DNA from: Cyanidioschyzon merolae
Lineage: Eukaryota
Assembly (NCBI GenBank): GCA_000091205.1
Contig: AP006497.2
Direction: 5' to 3' (one strand)
DNA length: 64,000 bases
Under the pieces are notes generated by a model. That model had not been told where the DNA came from. It searched no databases and worked only from the letters and a program-made list of their open reading frames with translations. Position 1 is the stretch's first letter, and every line of letters starts with the position of its first letter. Below, one piece after another: positions 31,911 to 44,161 of the stretch. The position numbers and the translations under genes were made by a program.

Positions 31911-33011
31911 TCACAAAATATCTCGTATTCGTCGCTTTTGCTCCTCTGTGAGGGTTACAGGGAACAGAACCTTGAATTTCAGGATCATGTCACCCTTCTC
32001 GTTCGGGTTCTTGCTATTCGGCATGCCCAGGCCGTTAATCCGTTTTTCAAAGCCCGGATGGACGACCTCCGGTATTTTGACTCGCAGCCGACGGCCATCG
32101 AGGTGCTTGAACTCGATCTCCGTCCCAGTCAGCGCATCCTTGAGCGGAACCTGCACATTGTAAATAAGGTCATTACCTGAGCGCTCAAAAAGCGGATGCG
32201 GCTTCTGTTTCAGAATGAAGACCACATCAGCTGGAATCTCGTTAGGGTCGATTTCGTCGCCCTCTCGCTCGAAGCGGATTTTCGTACCGGCCTTGAAGCC
32301 TGGTCGAATATCAATCGTAAGGATTTTCTCGACGGGAACAATTTGTCCGGACGAAGCGTCCCGTATTCGTTTCGTGAGCTTAATTTTCTTCTGAGTGCCA
32401 CTGTACAGCTCCTCTAGGGTCAAAGCGAGGGGCACTTCATGATCGGGCGCCTTCTTTTGAGTTCGCCGAACGCCGCCAAAGCCGGAATCGAAAGGAGACG
32501 CTCCGCCAAAGCGACTGCTTCCAGCACCGCCGCCAGTTCTCGATGAAAACGATGTGAACGGATCGTCTGCCGCAGCGCGACCGAAAAATTCGCGGAATAA
32601 CTCTTCGGGATCCTGGAAACCAAAGCCTCCGAAGCCACCGGGCATGCCGGCGCCACCGGGCCCCGCTGAAGAAAAGAAGAAGGTCGTGCCGTTACCGCCG
32701 CCGCCACCGCCCGCCCCTCCTGGAAAGCCGGCGAAGCCGCCAGGAAAACCGCCGGCGCCTGCACCACCGTTCTCGTGCATGCCGGCCTTGATGCCTTCTT
32801 CACCAAATTTATCATATATTTCGCGTTTCCTAGGGTCTACGAGAACCTGGTACGCCTCGCTGATTTCTTTGAACTTTCGCGTAGCGAGCTCCTTGTTGTC
32901 AGGGTTCTTGTCCGGGTGCCATTTCATTGCGAGGCGCCGGTACGCCCTTTTCAAGGCTGCCTCATCTGCATCCCGGGGAACGCCAAGAATTTTATAATAG
33001 TCGAGTCCCAT
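31911..33011 (-). CDS. DnaJ/Hsp40 type II co-chaperone (DNAJB/Sis1-like)
   Basis: The J-domain [39 protein letters not shown] contains the HPD motif. A G/F-rich linker (GGFGGFGF) follows, then a C-terminal substrate-binding domain. No Cys-rich zinc finger is present. Confidence 0.9.
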   Translation of the reverse strand: MGLDYYKILGVPRDADEAALKRAYRRLAMKWHPDKNPDNKELATRKFKEISEAYQVLVDPRKREIYDKFGEEGIKAGMHENGGAGAGGFPGGFAGFPGGAGGGGGGNGTTFFFSSAGPGGAGMPGGFGGFGFQDPEELFREFFGRAAADDPFTSFSSRTGGGAGSSRFGGASPFDSGFGGVRRTQKKAPDHEVPLALTLEELYSGTQKKIKLTKRIRDASSGQIVPVEKILTIDIRPGFKAGTKIRFEREGDEIDPNEIPADVVFILKQKPHPLFERSGNDLIYNVQVPLKDALTGTEIEFKHLDGRRLRVKIPEVVHPGFEKRINGLGMPNSKNPNEKGDMILKFKVLFPVTLTEEQKRRIRDIL

Positions 33012-35469
33012 TCCTCTTCACGACAGCAACTCCCTCGAAACGCTCGGGGCGTGCTTCCACGCGGGTTTACGTGTCTGTTGTGTGTAGCAAGCCAGAGGAT
33101 CTTGCAACACTCAATGGCCCGATTTCGCTATCCACATTGCCGCTTTCATCCGTTGATGCTCGAGGCACGCGCCTGGCCGGCCGCACGCTGATCGCTGGCG
33201 CGCGCGGAAGTCTCTGGAAGGCGGGGTCATATTTTTCCCTTAATGGACAGTTCCATCACATGCTGCGTGTCGCGTTGTACCCGCTACGGAGAACGTAGAT
33301 CATCTGCAGCGGGGATGTGACAAGCCGATCGCTGTGCCCTCATGAAGCTGGGTATGGACAGGCTCGCAATGCTTAGCGTTTTGGTATCTGCACTTGGGGA
33401 CGCAATCCATCAGAAGGCCTCTGGGTGATGCATAGAATGACTGGATGGTCTCTGGTTCAGTGAGTAGGAGGATTCGATCATCGCAGATCTCGAACGCCCA
33501 GCTTCCTATTCCTCTCTCGGGTGGAAATGCAGTACTGAACTGCTCGATCTGCTCTTACATTTCTTCATTCATTTCGGGCTTGTTTTGGGTGTACTGTCTC
33601 GATTTTCGAAGTACGATACGAGGGACTTGCGAGTTCGTACGTATTTTTAGGATTCTTGGACTTATTTTTGAGTGGCTCACTCGAATCTCTGCTGATGGAG
33701 CTCATTGCGTCTTAGGAATCAAGATGATTCACGTAATCGTAGAGCAAGTGTTCGTAAAATGACCAATGTCATTATCCATTGTATAGGAAGTATCCTCCAT
33801 TCTTCTCGTTTCTTTTGCGCACTGCATCCTCTAATCACACGTTGTATCCAAGTTTTAGACCTTTCTGCTTCGGGCCAACCTGTGGGCTCAACAATTTGCG
33901 CGTCTGGACTGACGACGAATACCACTCGTCGATCTCAAATGGCGGCATGTGTAGAAGCTCGTGCCAAAAGTTCGTTGAGCTTCTCGAGTCAAATATTCGA
34001 TTCCGTTCCAAACACAAATCTACCACGCTCTGTGAACATCGACGAAACTGTTTCGGCGGCAGCATGATACCTCTCGTGCGATATGCTCCAAGACATCCCG
34101 TTTCCTCTGTTCTTTTTCGATGGAAAAAGGTCCTGGAGTCGGACTTGAGGCATGACAACGATCGCTTTCGTTGGAGTATGTGTGACCGCTTTGCACGAAC
34201 GCAGCGTCGATGCATCGAGAGTTTTCGATCTTTTCTCCACCGCTCTTTTCGCTTTCGGTTCTTGATTCGCCATGAATCAGCTCGGGTTCCGCCAACATCT
34301 GTCGAATGGTACAGCGTGCGCGTGCGTGTGCACCAAAAAGAGTACTCGCCGAGGATATTGCTCGCAAGAGTCACGCGATCGTAGGGCAGGGCACCGGGAG
34401 CGAAAACGATGGAGACTGCCCAAAGGAGCCTTCCGTAACCGTCAGCGACATGCGCCGGACCCTGAAGCCAGTCTGAACGCGGTGCAGGACGGCCCTCGGG
34501 CGAGCGGATCTGAAGTGCCTACAGAAGCCCTGGTTCACGTTCAAGTGTCACCGCTGCACAGCGCGCACCGAGGCTTTATGCATAGAGTATCAATATGCGA
34601 AACGAGGCGTGGATCGCAACCACCGTCTGAGCATGAAACGCGTCGGTAACAGCCGGAAGCATCGAATCCGAGAGTTTAACACTGCCGTCAACATCGTTTG
34701 ACTGCTGCCAATAGGGCCACAGGGACAAGAGAGACCTCTGTGTTTAGATCTAGAGGTAAGAGCGAGGGCAAGGAAGCAATTGCAGAAAATTCTCGCACTT
34801 TCTTGTATTGATGACATTGGGCAGAGACTCGAACTTTAGAGTGTACGCACGAGTTGGATACGCGGACTCTAGTCTGAAACGGATATATTCAGCGACTCGA
34901 ATGGCCTCTGAGTAAACGGGTCTATTGAAGCGATAGGAAATGGAACACTCCGGAAGGAACGTTACAGGTTCTGGTACTCGTGAAATATAGAAGAATTTGT
35001 GCGGCACACGAGCTCCGTTTCCTGATTAGCACCAAAGCTTCCGCATCCGAAAGCCTTACTGGTTGCTTCGCGATATCCGTCGCCCATGCAGAGATTCTGC
35101 CGCCTTCGGCCTCGTCGCTGGCAAAAAAGGAGCGGCTGTCAGGTCAGGTCCGTGTCATGGCCTCCACACAGAAGCGGAAGCAACCAGACCGCGGAACTGC
35201 TTTCCGTACTCGAGCTGGGCACGAGACGATGACCCCAGCTCTGCGCTTCGTATCCGACTGCAGGCATGCAACGCGTCCAGTCCATTCGTTGTATGCAATC
35301 GTTAGTTGCAGCCTCCTGGAAGCAGCAGATATTGATTCAATTGCGTGATCTGTATGTCCAACGCGAACTAGGCTTTATCAGAGTCGCATTCGCACGCATG
35401 TATCGCTCAGTTCTGCGTACTTCAAATCCAGTACGCAAATATGTGTCCGAAATATGCAGTCTCGCATTT

Positions 35470-37722
35470 CTACGCACCTATACTTCCCACAAATGCCGGT
35501 CCGAAAACCATTGTCAGTGTCGATAACATCTTGATCAGCACGTGCAGACTCGGTCCCGCTGTGTCCTTAAGCGGATCGCCGACCGTGTCTCCAGTGACAC
35601 TCGCCTTGTGTGCCTGGCTACCCTTGCCGCCGTAGTGCCCATCCTCGATGTACTTTTTCGCATTATCAGCCGCACCTCCAGCATTATTCATAAAGAGCGC
35701 CATAAGTATCCCAGCAATTGTGGCAACCATAAGGAGACCCGCCGCGCATTCAAGTCCTAGCAACGGGCGTCCGGTCATATTACCTATGAAGCGGAAGAGC
35801 ATCCCAATCATGATAGGAGCAAGAACCGGCAAGAGTCCCGGCAAAACCATTTGACGAAGCGCCGACGCTGCAACGAGCGCAACACAACGCTCATACTCTG
35901 GCTTCTCAGTGCCAGCCATAATGCCAGGATGGTCACGAAACTGCCGCCGAACTTCCGCAACGACGCCCTGTGCAGCGCGACCAACGGCAGTCATCGCCAG
36001 ACTCGAAAACAGAAACACCACTGCTGCACCTAAGAGACCAGCGACAAATACCTCCGGCTTCGCCAGGTCCACCGAATTGAACACCATCTTTTCCGGCAGC
36101 TGTGCACTCATTTCCTCCATAAAGGAGCTGAAGAGCAAGTAGCCCGCAAGCGCTGCGGAGCCGACGGCGAAGCCCTTGGTGAAAGCTTTGGTGCTGTTCC
36201 CCGCTGCATCGAGCCGATCGGTTATGCGACGAACGCTGGGGTCCGCTCCGCTCATCTCCGCGATGCCACCTGCATTATCAGCAACGGGCCCGAACACATC
36301 CATTGCCAGAACGATTCCCGCGGAGCTCAGCATGCCCATGGTGGCCACAGCAGTGCCGAAAATTCCAGCCGCGTTTCGATCCGGCATGCCAGACGTTGCA
36401 CCGAGCCAGTACGCACCAAGAATCGCAGCTGAAACGACGATGGCAGGCAACGCACTCGACTCGAGACCAACAGCGAGCATTCGTATCACATTCGTCCCGT
36501 GACCGTACTCTGAGGCTTCCGCAATGCTGCGCACAGGCCGAAACTTGGTATCCGTATAATACTCCGTTATGAGTACGTAAAGATAGGATACTGCCAGTCC
36601 AATCATCCCGCAGAGCGCGTAGTGCCACCAGGCACTTGGCGCCACATTTCCGACGCGCAAAAGCAGCCAGCATAGTACCCAAATGGAAATTGCTGCAAGC
36701 ACCATCGTCACACGAAAGCCTCTTTTCATGATCGACATTGGATCTTCAAGCCTCGTCTCGAAGGCATCGTCAGTCCTCAGCAAAGAACGCTCTTCGTCTC
36801 TCGCAACGCCGCTGCTCACACGAACGGTGACGCCGCCGAGAGCGCTACATACCAGTCCGACGGCATGCACGCAGAGCGGAAACAGAACGTACGCCGCTTG
36901 ACTAGCCCCGGACAAGTTCGCCGTTCTCGCGAGCGTGCCTCCGAGAATGCTCGCTCCAACTAGCTCCGCAGAGATCGACTCAAACAGGTCACAGGAGCGC
37001 CCGGAAGCGTCGCCGACGTTATCGCCTACCAAATCAGCGATGGTGGCTGGATTTCGCGGATCGTCCTCGGGAATACCTGTGTCAACTTTGCCGACCATAT
37101 CGGCCCCGACATCCGCAGCCTTGGTGTAGATGCCTCCCCCAAGCTGTGCGAAGAGCGCCACAAAGGAGGCTCCAAAAGCGTAACCCACGAACAGGACAGG
37201 GACCTGCGTTATGTCGCCAGCCGCCATCCCCGTCACAAGGGCGAACCAGTAGAGCAAGATGAAGCCCACCAAACAGTTGCTCAGTATGAGGAGACCCCCG
37301 AAGAGGCCACCTCGGAAACAAACCTTCATCGCTTCAGCATAGGACCTACTTGCAGCCGCTGCAACACGCACGTTCACCCGAACAGCCAAGTACATTGTCA
37401 GCACACCAGAGAGCGCCGAGAGCGTGCCACCAAGCAGAAAGGCTGCCGCGTTGAAGAAAGGTGAGGCTTGCGTCGTGCCGCCCGCACCCCCTGTGCCGAA
37501 AAAATAGATCACAAGCGCGAATATACCTGCTATGCTAGCTATCGTCGAATACTGCACCTTGAAAAATCCGGAGGCACCCTCTTGAATCGGACGCGCGACA
37601 TCGCGCATGGACTGCGGCCCTTCTGGACAGCCGATCAAGTACTCATACAGACGGTATGTAAAAATCAGTGTTCCAAACGCTATCACTGCTAAAACTGCCA
37701 AAATAAAACCCGCCGTAAACAT
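35470..37722 (-). CDS. H+-translocating inorganic pyrophosphatase (vacuolar-type membrane PPase)
   Basis: Signature motifs AADVGADMVGKVDTGIPEDDPRNPA and GDNVGDASG are present, with ~16 transmembrane helices. The C-terminus has FTKGFAVGSAALAGY...GDTVGDPLKDTAGPSLH. Confidence 0.9.
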   Translation of the reverse strand: MFTAGFILAVLAVIAFGTLIFTYRLYEYLIGCPEGPQSMRDVARPIQEGASGFFKVQYSTIASIAGIFALVIYFFGTGGAGGTTQASPFFNAAAFLLGGTLSALSGVLTMYLAVRVNVRVAAAASRSYAEAMKVCFRGGLFGGLLILSNCLVGFILLYWFALVTGMAAGDITQVPVLFVGYAFGASFVALFAQLGGGIYTKAADVGADMVGKVDTGIPEDDPRNPATIADLVGDNVGDASGRSCDLFESISAELVGASILGGTLARTANLSGASQAAYVLFPLCVHAVGLVCSALGGVTVRVSSGVARDEERSLLRTDDAFETRLEDPMSIMKRGFRVTMVLAAISIWVLCWLLLRVGNVAPSAWWHYALCGMIGLAVSYLYVLITEYYTDTKFRPVRSIAEASEYGHGTNVIRMLAVGLESSALPAIVVSAAILGAYWLGATSGMPDRNAAGIFGTAVATMGMLSSAGIVLAMDVFGPVADNAGGIAEMSGADPSVRRITDRLDAAGNSTKAFTKGFAVGSAALAGYLLFSSFMEEMSAQLPEKMVFNSVDLAKPEVFVAGLLGAAVVFLFSSLAMTAVGRAAQGVVAEVRRQFRDHPGIMAGTEKPEYERCVALVAASALRQMVLPGLLPVLAPIMIGMLFRFIGNMTGRPLLGLECAAGLLMVATIAGILMALFMNNAGGAADNAKKYIEDGHYGGKGSQAHKASVTGDTVGDPLKDTAGPSLHVLIKMLSTLTMVFGPAFVGSIGA

Positions 37723-38008
37723 TCTCGTTTCTATGTAGCAACTTGTCTGGGGAGAGCGTCACTTGAGCGCGCTAAGTACAGTTGCGCGTGTCTATGGGCT
37801 GCAACCTGCGGGACAAGCAGTAGCAGCAGTAGGAGCAGTACAAGCGATTTTATCCTATCAGAGATAGCTGCAAGAGCTGCATCGCAAAACAGCGCTGCGC
37901 GGGTGATCTGGGGCCGTGCGCTGCACATCGAGCGCAGCCAGTGCCTCGATCGCCATGCGCAGATGTTGGTTCCCAGAAGGTTTCCACTGGTATGGGATTC
38001 GATACTGC

Positions 38009-38082
38009 GGGATGGATGGATGGATGGATGGTTGGTTGGTTGGTTGGTTGGTTGGTTGGTTGGATGGATGGTTGGTTGGATA
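38009..38082. repeat. Compound tetranucleotide microsatellite (GGAT)n(GGTT)n(GGAT)n
   Basis: The sequence gggatggatggatggatggatggttggttggttggttggttggttggttggatggatggttggttgg was read directly. It lies ~290 bp upstream of the PPase start codon, which is on the opposite strand. Confidence 0.95.
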
Positions 38083-40510
38083 TGGGCTTTTGGGAAAGCG
38101 TCGATTATTCTCCACTCTGCCTCCAAGTTCGATTTCTTATACTCTCTGTCGGGTGTAAGAGTCGTTATGTATGTTCTATCGTGCTCTTAACCTGCCTTGA
38201 GCACGGGCGATAGCACTTATGCCGCTAGAGCAGATGCTGAACGTAGACAGGAAGGTTTTGCCGTACTACTATGGGCGTTGGATCCAGGCTTGGTTCATCC
38301 GACATGGGGAGTGGATTCATTATGATTCGGGGAACTAGCAAGCTGCGCAGAGAGACGTGCTGCCTGCGGCAGCGATAAATGATATCCTAGCAGTCCACTG
38401 CGACCAGGGTAACGTCCAGACGCAGCCTAACTGCTCCCAAATCCCGGAATGAACTACGCTGCGGACGAGTCGCTCAGGTCTCACTAAAGTACCCGCCACT
38501 GCGAAGAGCATAACGTACTAGCCTTGTGGAGCCTTCCGGCTGGAAGGTAAACTTTCGACAATACGGAAAGTAGTTTTCCCTTTTGACGTTGACCTAAGAG
38601 GGAGAGAGAGATCGTTATATTGTTGCTAGCTAGTGGTTCGTTTCTATTTTTTTTCTACAACGCGGTCGATGCGCGCTCCTCCATATCTTGCAGGCATGAT
38701 TCACGATGCACATCTCACCGTTGAAAGGGAATGCGATGATGATCAATAGCCTGTTGTTCTGACTTACAAGTCGAATTTGCGTTGTGGTCGTAGCAAAGTA
38801 TAGTTTTTCAGTTCAATTGTGTTTCAACCCTCAAGCAAGTGTATTCAGGTGCTTTTTCGCAGTTTATAGCAGAAGTTTTCAAAGTGAATTCGTTATCCAA
38901 AACAAAATACAGTTATGGAAATGGAAGAGGAGGATCCTGGGCGGCCGCTGTCACCGGCTGCCCGACAAAACGAGAAACAGTGCCGAGCCCAGAGGAACAG
39001 ACGAAGAACAAGAAGCAGAACTGGGATTTCGTACGTCAGATGCAACTCGTGATGCGATACATCGACGAGAATATGGTGAAAGCCTTTCTTCGAGGCGATA
39101 CCAAGGATCCCCACAAGCAAAAGTTTCTAGAGGCCATCAGAAATCGTGTCGCGTCCCACTCCATGAGGATTATCAAGACTTCTTCAGGAATAGTGCATTT
39201 GGTGACGAAGATGTATCGCGACTTGACATATATGAAAACAGTCGAGGTTCCGGGAGAAAATTTCAACAAGGCCATTATCCGCCACTTGATACTTGGAACC
39301 AGGTAAACGTCGAGGCCAAACGATCGAGTACACACCCTACAGGAAAATCACGCCGAATACCGCTTCACCAGTACTCGAGACAGGGGTAATTCGGATATTG
39401 ACACTTGCGGGGCAATCAAGTGCATCATGAACCTGAAGAACCATATGACCATGAACCTCAAACGCTTCATGATACGCTACTTCGTTGCACTCTGCCCGGG
39501 TCTCGTTCGCAAAGGGATCTGGGGCGACATCGATGGCATCATGAACGATCGCCAGCATGAATAGGATATCGAATTCGTCGACCAGAAGACATCACCCAGG
39601 AGCACAACTGAAGCTTCTGTAATCCGCTCGGCTATTCATGAGCACCATGCTGTCTTGGGGCTGGCGAGTCCAGCAGAGAAGCTATCAGAAATGAAAAACG
39701 ATGTAAAAGGATACTATCCCCTCATCCTGTGCTATTTCATGTTCCTGAACCTCTAGCCGAAGAAAGCTTTCAAACCATCAGAAACATTCGACGACGGCAA
39801 CTCCACTGGAAACATAGCCGTTCGCAGCTGATTTTGCACCGAGTTGCGCGACGCGCTTGTCGCATGCACCCTGTAGCCGTCGCCTACGCATATGTTTATT
39901 TGCGAACGGCATTCAAATAGGTCACATGTCAATGAAAAGGTGCATTGCATGAACCGTGGATGCGCTGCCTTGCCGTTTGCTGGAAACTGCAGCAATCAAG
40001 AGGCACATCGATGAAAAGTTGCGATGCATGGTCCCAGACTCGCTGCCTTGCTGGCTGGCAGGAAACTCCAAAAAAAATCCCCACACGTCAGAGGCTAAGC
40101 AATCCAAACCACTCGAGTTTCGCGAGTCAAGAACGGCGCGATCCCTCTTGTAAACATATCCACATCCAAAAATCAAGTTCCAGGATGGGTCAGTTTAAAG
40201 CTTGGGCTCCAGCCATGGTAATAACGCAACCGTGTCATCCTCGATAGCAAGAACAGAATATTCCACTTATTTAACATGAAATATCAACAGCCAGTATAGA
40301 ATCGCTTCGCGTTCCATTATCGTGACGTATCCGCGAGCGTTTCCGATGGCATCGCATCGATATCCAGAAGCTTTGCTCTGGATGCGCGTCTTCCCCCAAA
40401 CACATACGACTGCAAACGCGCTGCGGGGCGTTCGCGAGCACTTGCGCAAGCCTAAGGAGATTTTGTTCGACCTTGATTTCAGTCAGGTGTCGGCTGCAAC
40501 AAGCTTCAGT

Positions 40511-42655
40511 TCAAAACATATCATTCGCGATGTCGCCATCGGTGCGTCGTCGTTTGCACCGCAGTCGATGTACAGCTGGCGTATCGGTGCTTCTGTGTGC
40601 CTTCTTGGTTTCATGAAAATGACAGAGAACTTCATATGCCGCCCGAATGCCGCTAAGATACGCACCACCTGCGGTGGTTGGATGTTTCCGGCTGGTATGC
40701 TCGCCGGCAAAGAACAGGCGTCCATCCACTGACTCCGCAGCTGTGTCATAGGCAGCGCCAGAGCTCCCCACCGGAACGTAAGAGTATGCACCTTGAGAAT
40801 ACTGATCTGATCTCCAACGCGTCACAACTGTCTCGAGCGGGTCAGGAGCTTCGGGAAAAGCCAATCGTAGTCGCTGCATAGCGGATGCCGTGATCGCATC
40901 ATCGCTCAGCATCTCCATGGAATCAGCGGCATCTGCGGGCAGCATACCCATGAGTGCAGGACATCCAATCAATGGCGTAAGGTCCCAGAACATATAGAAG
41001 CGTCCATCGTCGTGGGCCACCTCTTCAAGAGGGCATGCAACTCCGAACGAGCACAGCTTTGCGCTTTTTCGATCCGGATGCGTATGTGAAATCCAAAATG
41101 CACACGAAAAAAGGAGCACGATTTTGTTGAGGTTGCCATTGCCGACAGCGCGCAGGGCATCACGTTTCCAGACCGGCAACTCCGGGACAAAACGCAATAG
41201 TTTCGGGTCACGCAGAACACCGAGTGGTACAGCCAAAATGACGTAGTCTGCCAACTCGACACTGCCGTCACCACAAACAACCCGAACTGTGTCATTCATC
41301 CATTCAACTTTCTGCACTGGTCGCCTCAGCTGGATGTTCAAGCCGGTGGCTAGAGCCTGCACGACTTGGTCGAGTCCGCCCTCGACCATGCAGTGCTCAC
41401 CTTCAAATCCGAAAGGATCATCTTGGTCCCAGTGACAGAGGGAGAGTTTCTCGAGCGGTGCTGCGCATGCGTATTCCAAGTTGGATACGTGCCATCGGAC
41501 GATTGGCTGAAACTGATCAGGCTGCTGGTGGAGTTTCTGTTTCATGGCTTTTCGAAAAGCGTCTCCCAGAGATATACGATCAGCATCCCGGAGCTTCTGG
41601 CGCATTTTCACAGTCTCTTCAAGAATGCTGTTGTAGATGTCTTCGATTTTTGCGTCTAGCTCGGGGTCGAGAACCTCGTGAACACCAGCGAATATGGGAC
41701 AACTCGGGTCGACTTCGCGTAAATGCAGCCTCAACTGATACAATGCAATTAAACCAAGGGGATTCTGGCGGACTCCGGTGATGATCATGGCACCGAGATC
41801 CATAGACGCCTGCCCGAGCGAAGCTCTATGCGTCCAGATTCGACCACCAATCCGCGGACGGGCCTCCAACACCCGGACATCAAATGCTGGCTCGCATGCC
41901 CGCAAGTGCCGGGCAGCTGCAAGGCCTGCGATGCCTCCACCGATGACCAAAACTCTTGCAAGCGACTGGACACCATAGCTGGCGAGCTGTTGGAGAGGTA
42001 CGGCGCCAAAGAGGATCTTGCCTCTCCAGTGCAGGAAACGGAAACAAGCGCGAACGAGTTTGGTATATTCTGATGGTGTCTCCTGCTCAATATCCTCTGT
42101 GGATAGCCACTGCGTAGGATTACGCCACCACTTCCGAATGATATGATTTCGCACATCCAGAAAGAGGTCCGTGAGCGCTGATACATACTCGGGGAACTGG
42201 GCTGCCTCCTCAGGTTCGATCTCATTGACGGTGATGCCAGACCGCACCACAGCGGCAATATGTTCGCCTGGATTGAAGCAATCAAGCTTTGGCAAGTCAC
42301 TTTGCGTAGCTGTGTCCACCGCCTCTGCGAGCAACTTCTCGCAGGGCTCTAACCACTTTCGGTAGGTCTTCCCGAGAGCGTTTCCCGCATTCGTTGCCGT
42401 CCATGCCAGTCGCTGTTGCTGGGCTATCGGTTGAAAAGCCCGTTGCTGGTGCACCGTATGTATGCCTCCTCCAGCACGTACGCCCTCAAATAGCATAAAC
42501 AAGTCAATCTGGCGCCAGCCAACCCGAGGAGCCTTTAGTTCAGCGAAGCCCTTCTCGGTCCAATAGCTCGTCAGGGCTCGGTCGAAAGCTGCGCGGCCGA
42601 TCAGCCGACAAAGCGGGTCATCTGGTAGCGTCGACAAAACTGAGCAATCTTTCAT
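40511..42655 (-). CDS. LSD1/KDM1-like flavin amine oxidase with an N-terminal SWIRM domain
   Basis: A SWIRM-like region (EEAAQFPEYVSALTDLFLDVRNHIIRKWWRNPTQWLSTED...FLHWRGKILFG) is present. It is followed by the FAD-binding fingerprint RVLVIGGGIAGLAAARHL...VLEARPRIGGRIWT and a C-terminal amine-oxidase domain (FFAGEHT). Confidence 0.75.
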   Translation of the reverse strand: MKDCSVLSTLPDDPLCRLIGRAAFDRALTSYWTEKGFAELKAPRVGWRQIDLFMLFEGVRAGGGIHTVHQQRAFQPIAQQQRLAWTATNAGNALGKTYRKWLEPCEKLLAEAVDTATQSDLPKLDCFNPGEHIAAVVRSGITVNEIEPEEAAQFPEYVSALTDLFLDVRNHIIRKWWRNPTQWLSTEDIEQETPSEYTKLVRACFRFLHWRGKILFGAVPLQQLASYGVQSLARVLVIGGGIAGLAAARHLRACEPAFDVRVLEARPRIGGRIWTHRASLGQASMDLGAMIITGVRQNPLGLIALYQLRLHLREVDPSCPIFAGVHEVLDPELDAKIEDIYNSILEETVKMRQKLRDADRISLGDAFRKAMKQKLHQQPDQFQPIVRWHVSNLEYACAAPLEKLSLCHWDQDDPFGFEGEHCMVEGGLDQVVQALATGLNIQLRRPVQKVEWMNDTVRVVCGDGSVELADYVILAVPLGVLRDPKLLRFVPELPVWKRDALRAVGNGNLNKIVLLFSCAFWISHTHPDRKSAKLCSFGVACPLEEVAHDDGRFYMFWDLTPLIGCPALMGMLPADAADSMEMLSDDAITASAMQRLRLAFPEAPDPLETVVTRWRSDQYSQGAYSYVPVGSSGAAYDTAAESVDGRLFFAGEHTSRKHPTTAGGAYLSGIRAAYEVLCHFHETKKAHRSTDTPAVHRLRCKRRRTDGDIANDMF

Positions 42656-44161
42656 TTGTCTCTCTGTACTACCTTTGACCTAACACAAAGATCCTATTCC
42701 CTATGGAAGAGTCTTATGGACACACTTGCGCGGCATGCGCCACTCAGAAGCAAGTCTGCGCGACAAGCCGCGAGGCGAAAAATGCGCGGATCGATGCCGG
42801 AAGTGCAGCAACTTTTGGCGATCCGCTTGGGAGACAAAGACAGAGAGAGAGAACGAGCCGCGAAGCAGCGCAACCATCCCGAATACGATGTGATGGGTAT
42901 ATGTCGCTGCTCACCACTGCTGCATCAGCATACCAAGGAGCTTTACCCGCTCAAGCAGGGGATGCGCTTCAGCGATGCACAGTGCCTCCAACGCTGCGGA
43001 GTGCATCTTGCAATCGATGCCATACCTGTTTATCTAGCATTCTGGAATACAGCAGGCAGTATGCACCTACAGCAATCAAATATTCGTTCCAGTAGTGCGG
43101 CTCGAGTCCTATGGAAATGCTGTAAGCGCACGCACACTTTTCTTCCATGTGAATAAGCCACGCCATGAGACCAGCGCTCATTGGACGTTCCGGTTCCCGA
43201 ACAGGGGCATCTCTTGTCGAAGATCATGGAATTGCGCTCGGGCGTTTATCGCGCACACTCAAGCTTCATGGACATCGAATGTACCAATCATCCGATAACG
43301 TCGAGCCAACAACCGCAGGGGAATGGTGGAGCTGCTCTGTCTTCCTACGGCGTCTGCAAGGATCCAACAGGCGCGTTGGTTAGACAAGGTACACTGCAGT
43401 GTGTTTGAACGAACCATGATCCGCAAATGAATTGTCAAGTCTGACGTTCGCGGAATCTTCAGGTCTGAAGCAGACTCTTGTTTGTTTCCCTGCATGCCGG
43501 AACCAATCGTGAACTCGAAGGGTCCCGGTTCGATGCATCGATCCTAAGCTATCATCATTGTCATCTCGTCCGCCGTGGTGACACGCTCACGGCACGTACC
43601 TATGCTCATTTTGTTTTCAGCGACGTGCTCGCTGTATAAGCGCCGTCTAGAAACTTGCGTCTGGCGTGGAAGGCTTCCCTGACGTGAAGCGCTCCCAGAG
43701 GCACACCTATACCGTACAGATTAAGAATTCGACTCGCGCAAGCATGCAGCTCCATTGTTCATAGGAAATGCTTCGCTCGGATGCATCTTCACCTACCCGA
43801 GGTTGAAAAGCGTCGCAGCATTTTACGAGACATGCGCTTTCATGAGTAAGTTTCTTCAGCGCCAGAACGTACGAAGCCAACACTAGTTCGCCCGTGTTGC
43901 TTACCTTGATGTCCATGTTTCCGCCGCAACGTAACTGTCGCCTAAGAGGTCGTATCGCACCAATTATCAAGAATTGGAAGATGTCCAACCGAGGCTTTCG
44001 ATTTTGCACCCGCATGAAGGCTGGTTGCACAGAACACTGCTCCAAGCCGATGAAAGGTGCTGAACAGCGGGACATAATCAACAATTTCGCTCCCGAAGAG
44101 CCAACCACTTCACACAGAAGACTGCTCCATGTTCGTGACAGGTGCATACAAGCGGAAAAAA

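Noticed and set aside
31507-32163. The 218-aa plus-strand ORF overlapping DnaJ
   Set aside because: It lies fully inside the well-supported minus-strand DnaJ CDS and its sequence is low-complexity.
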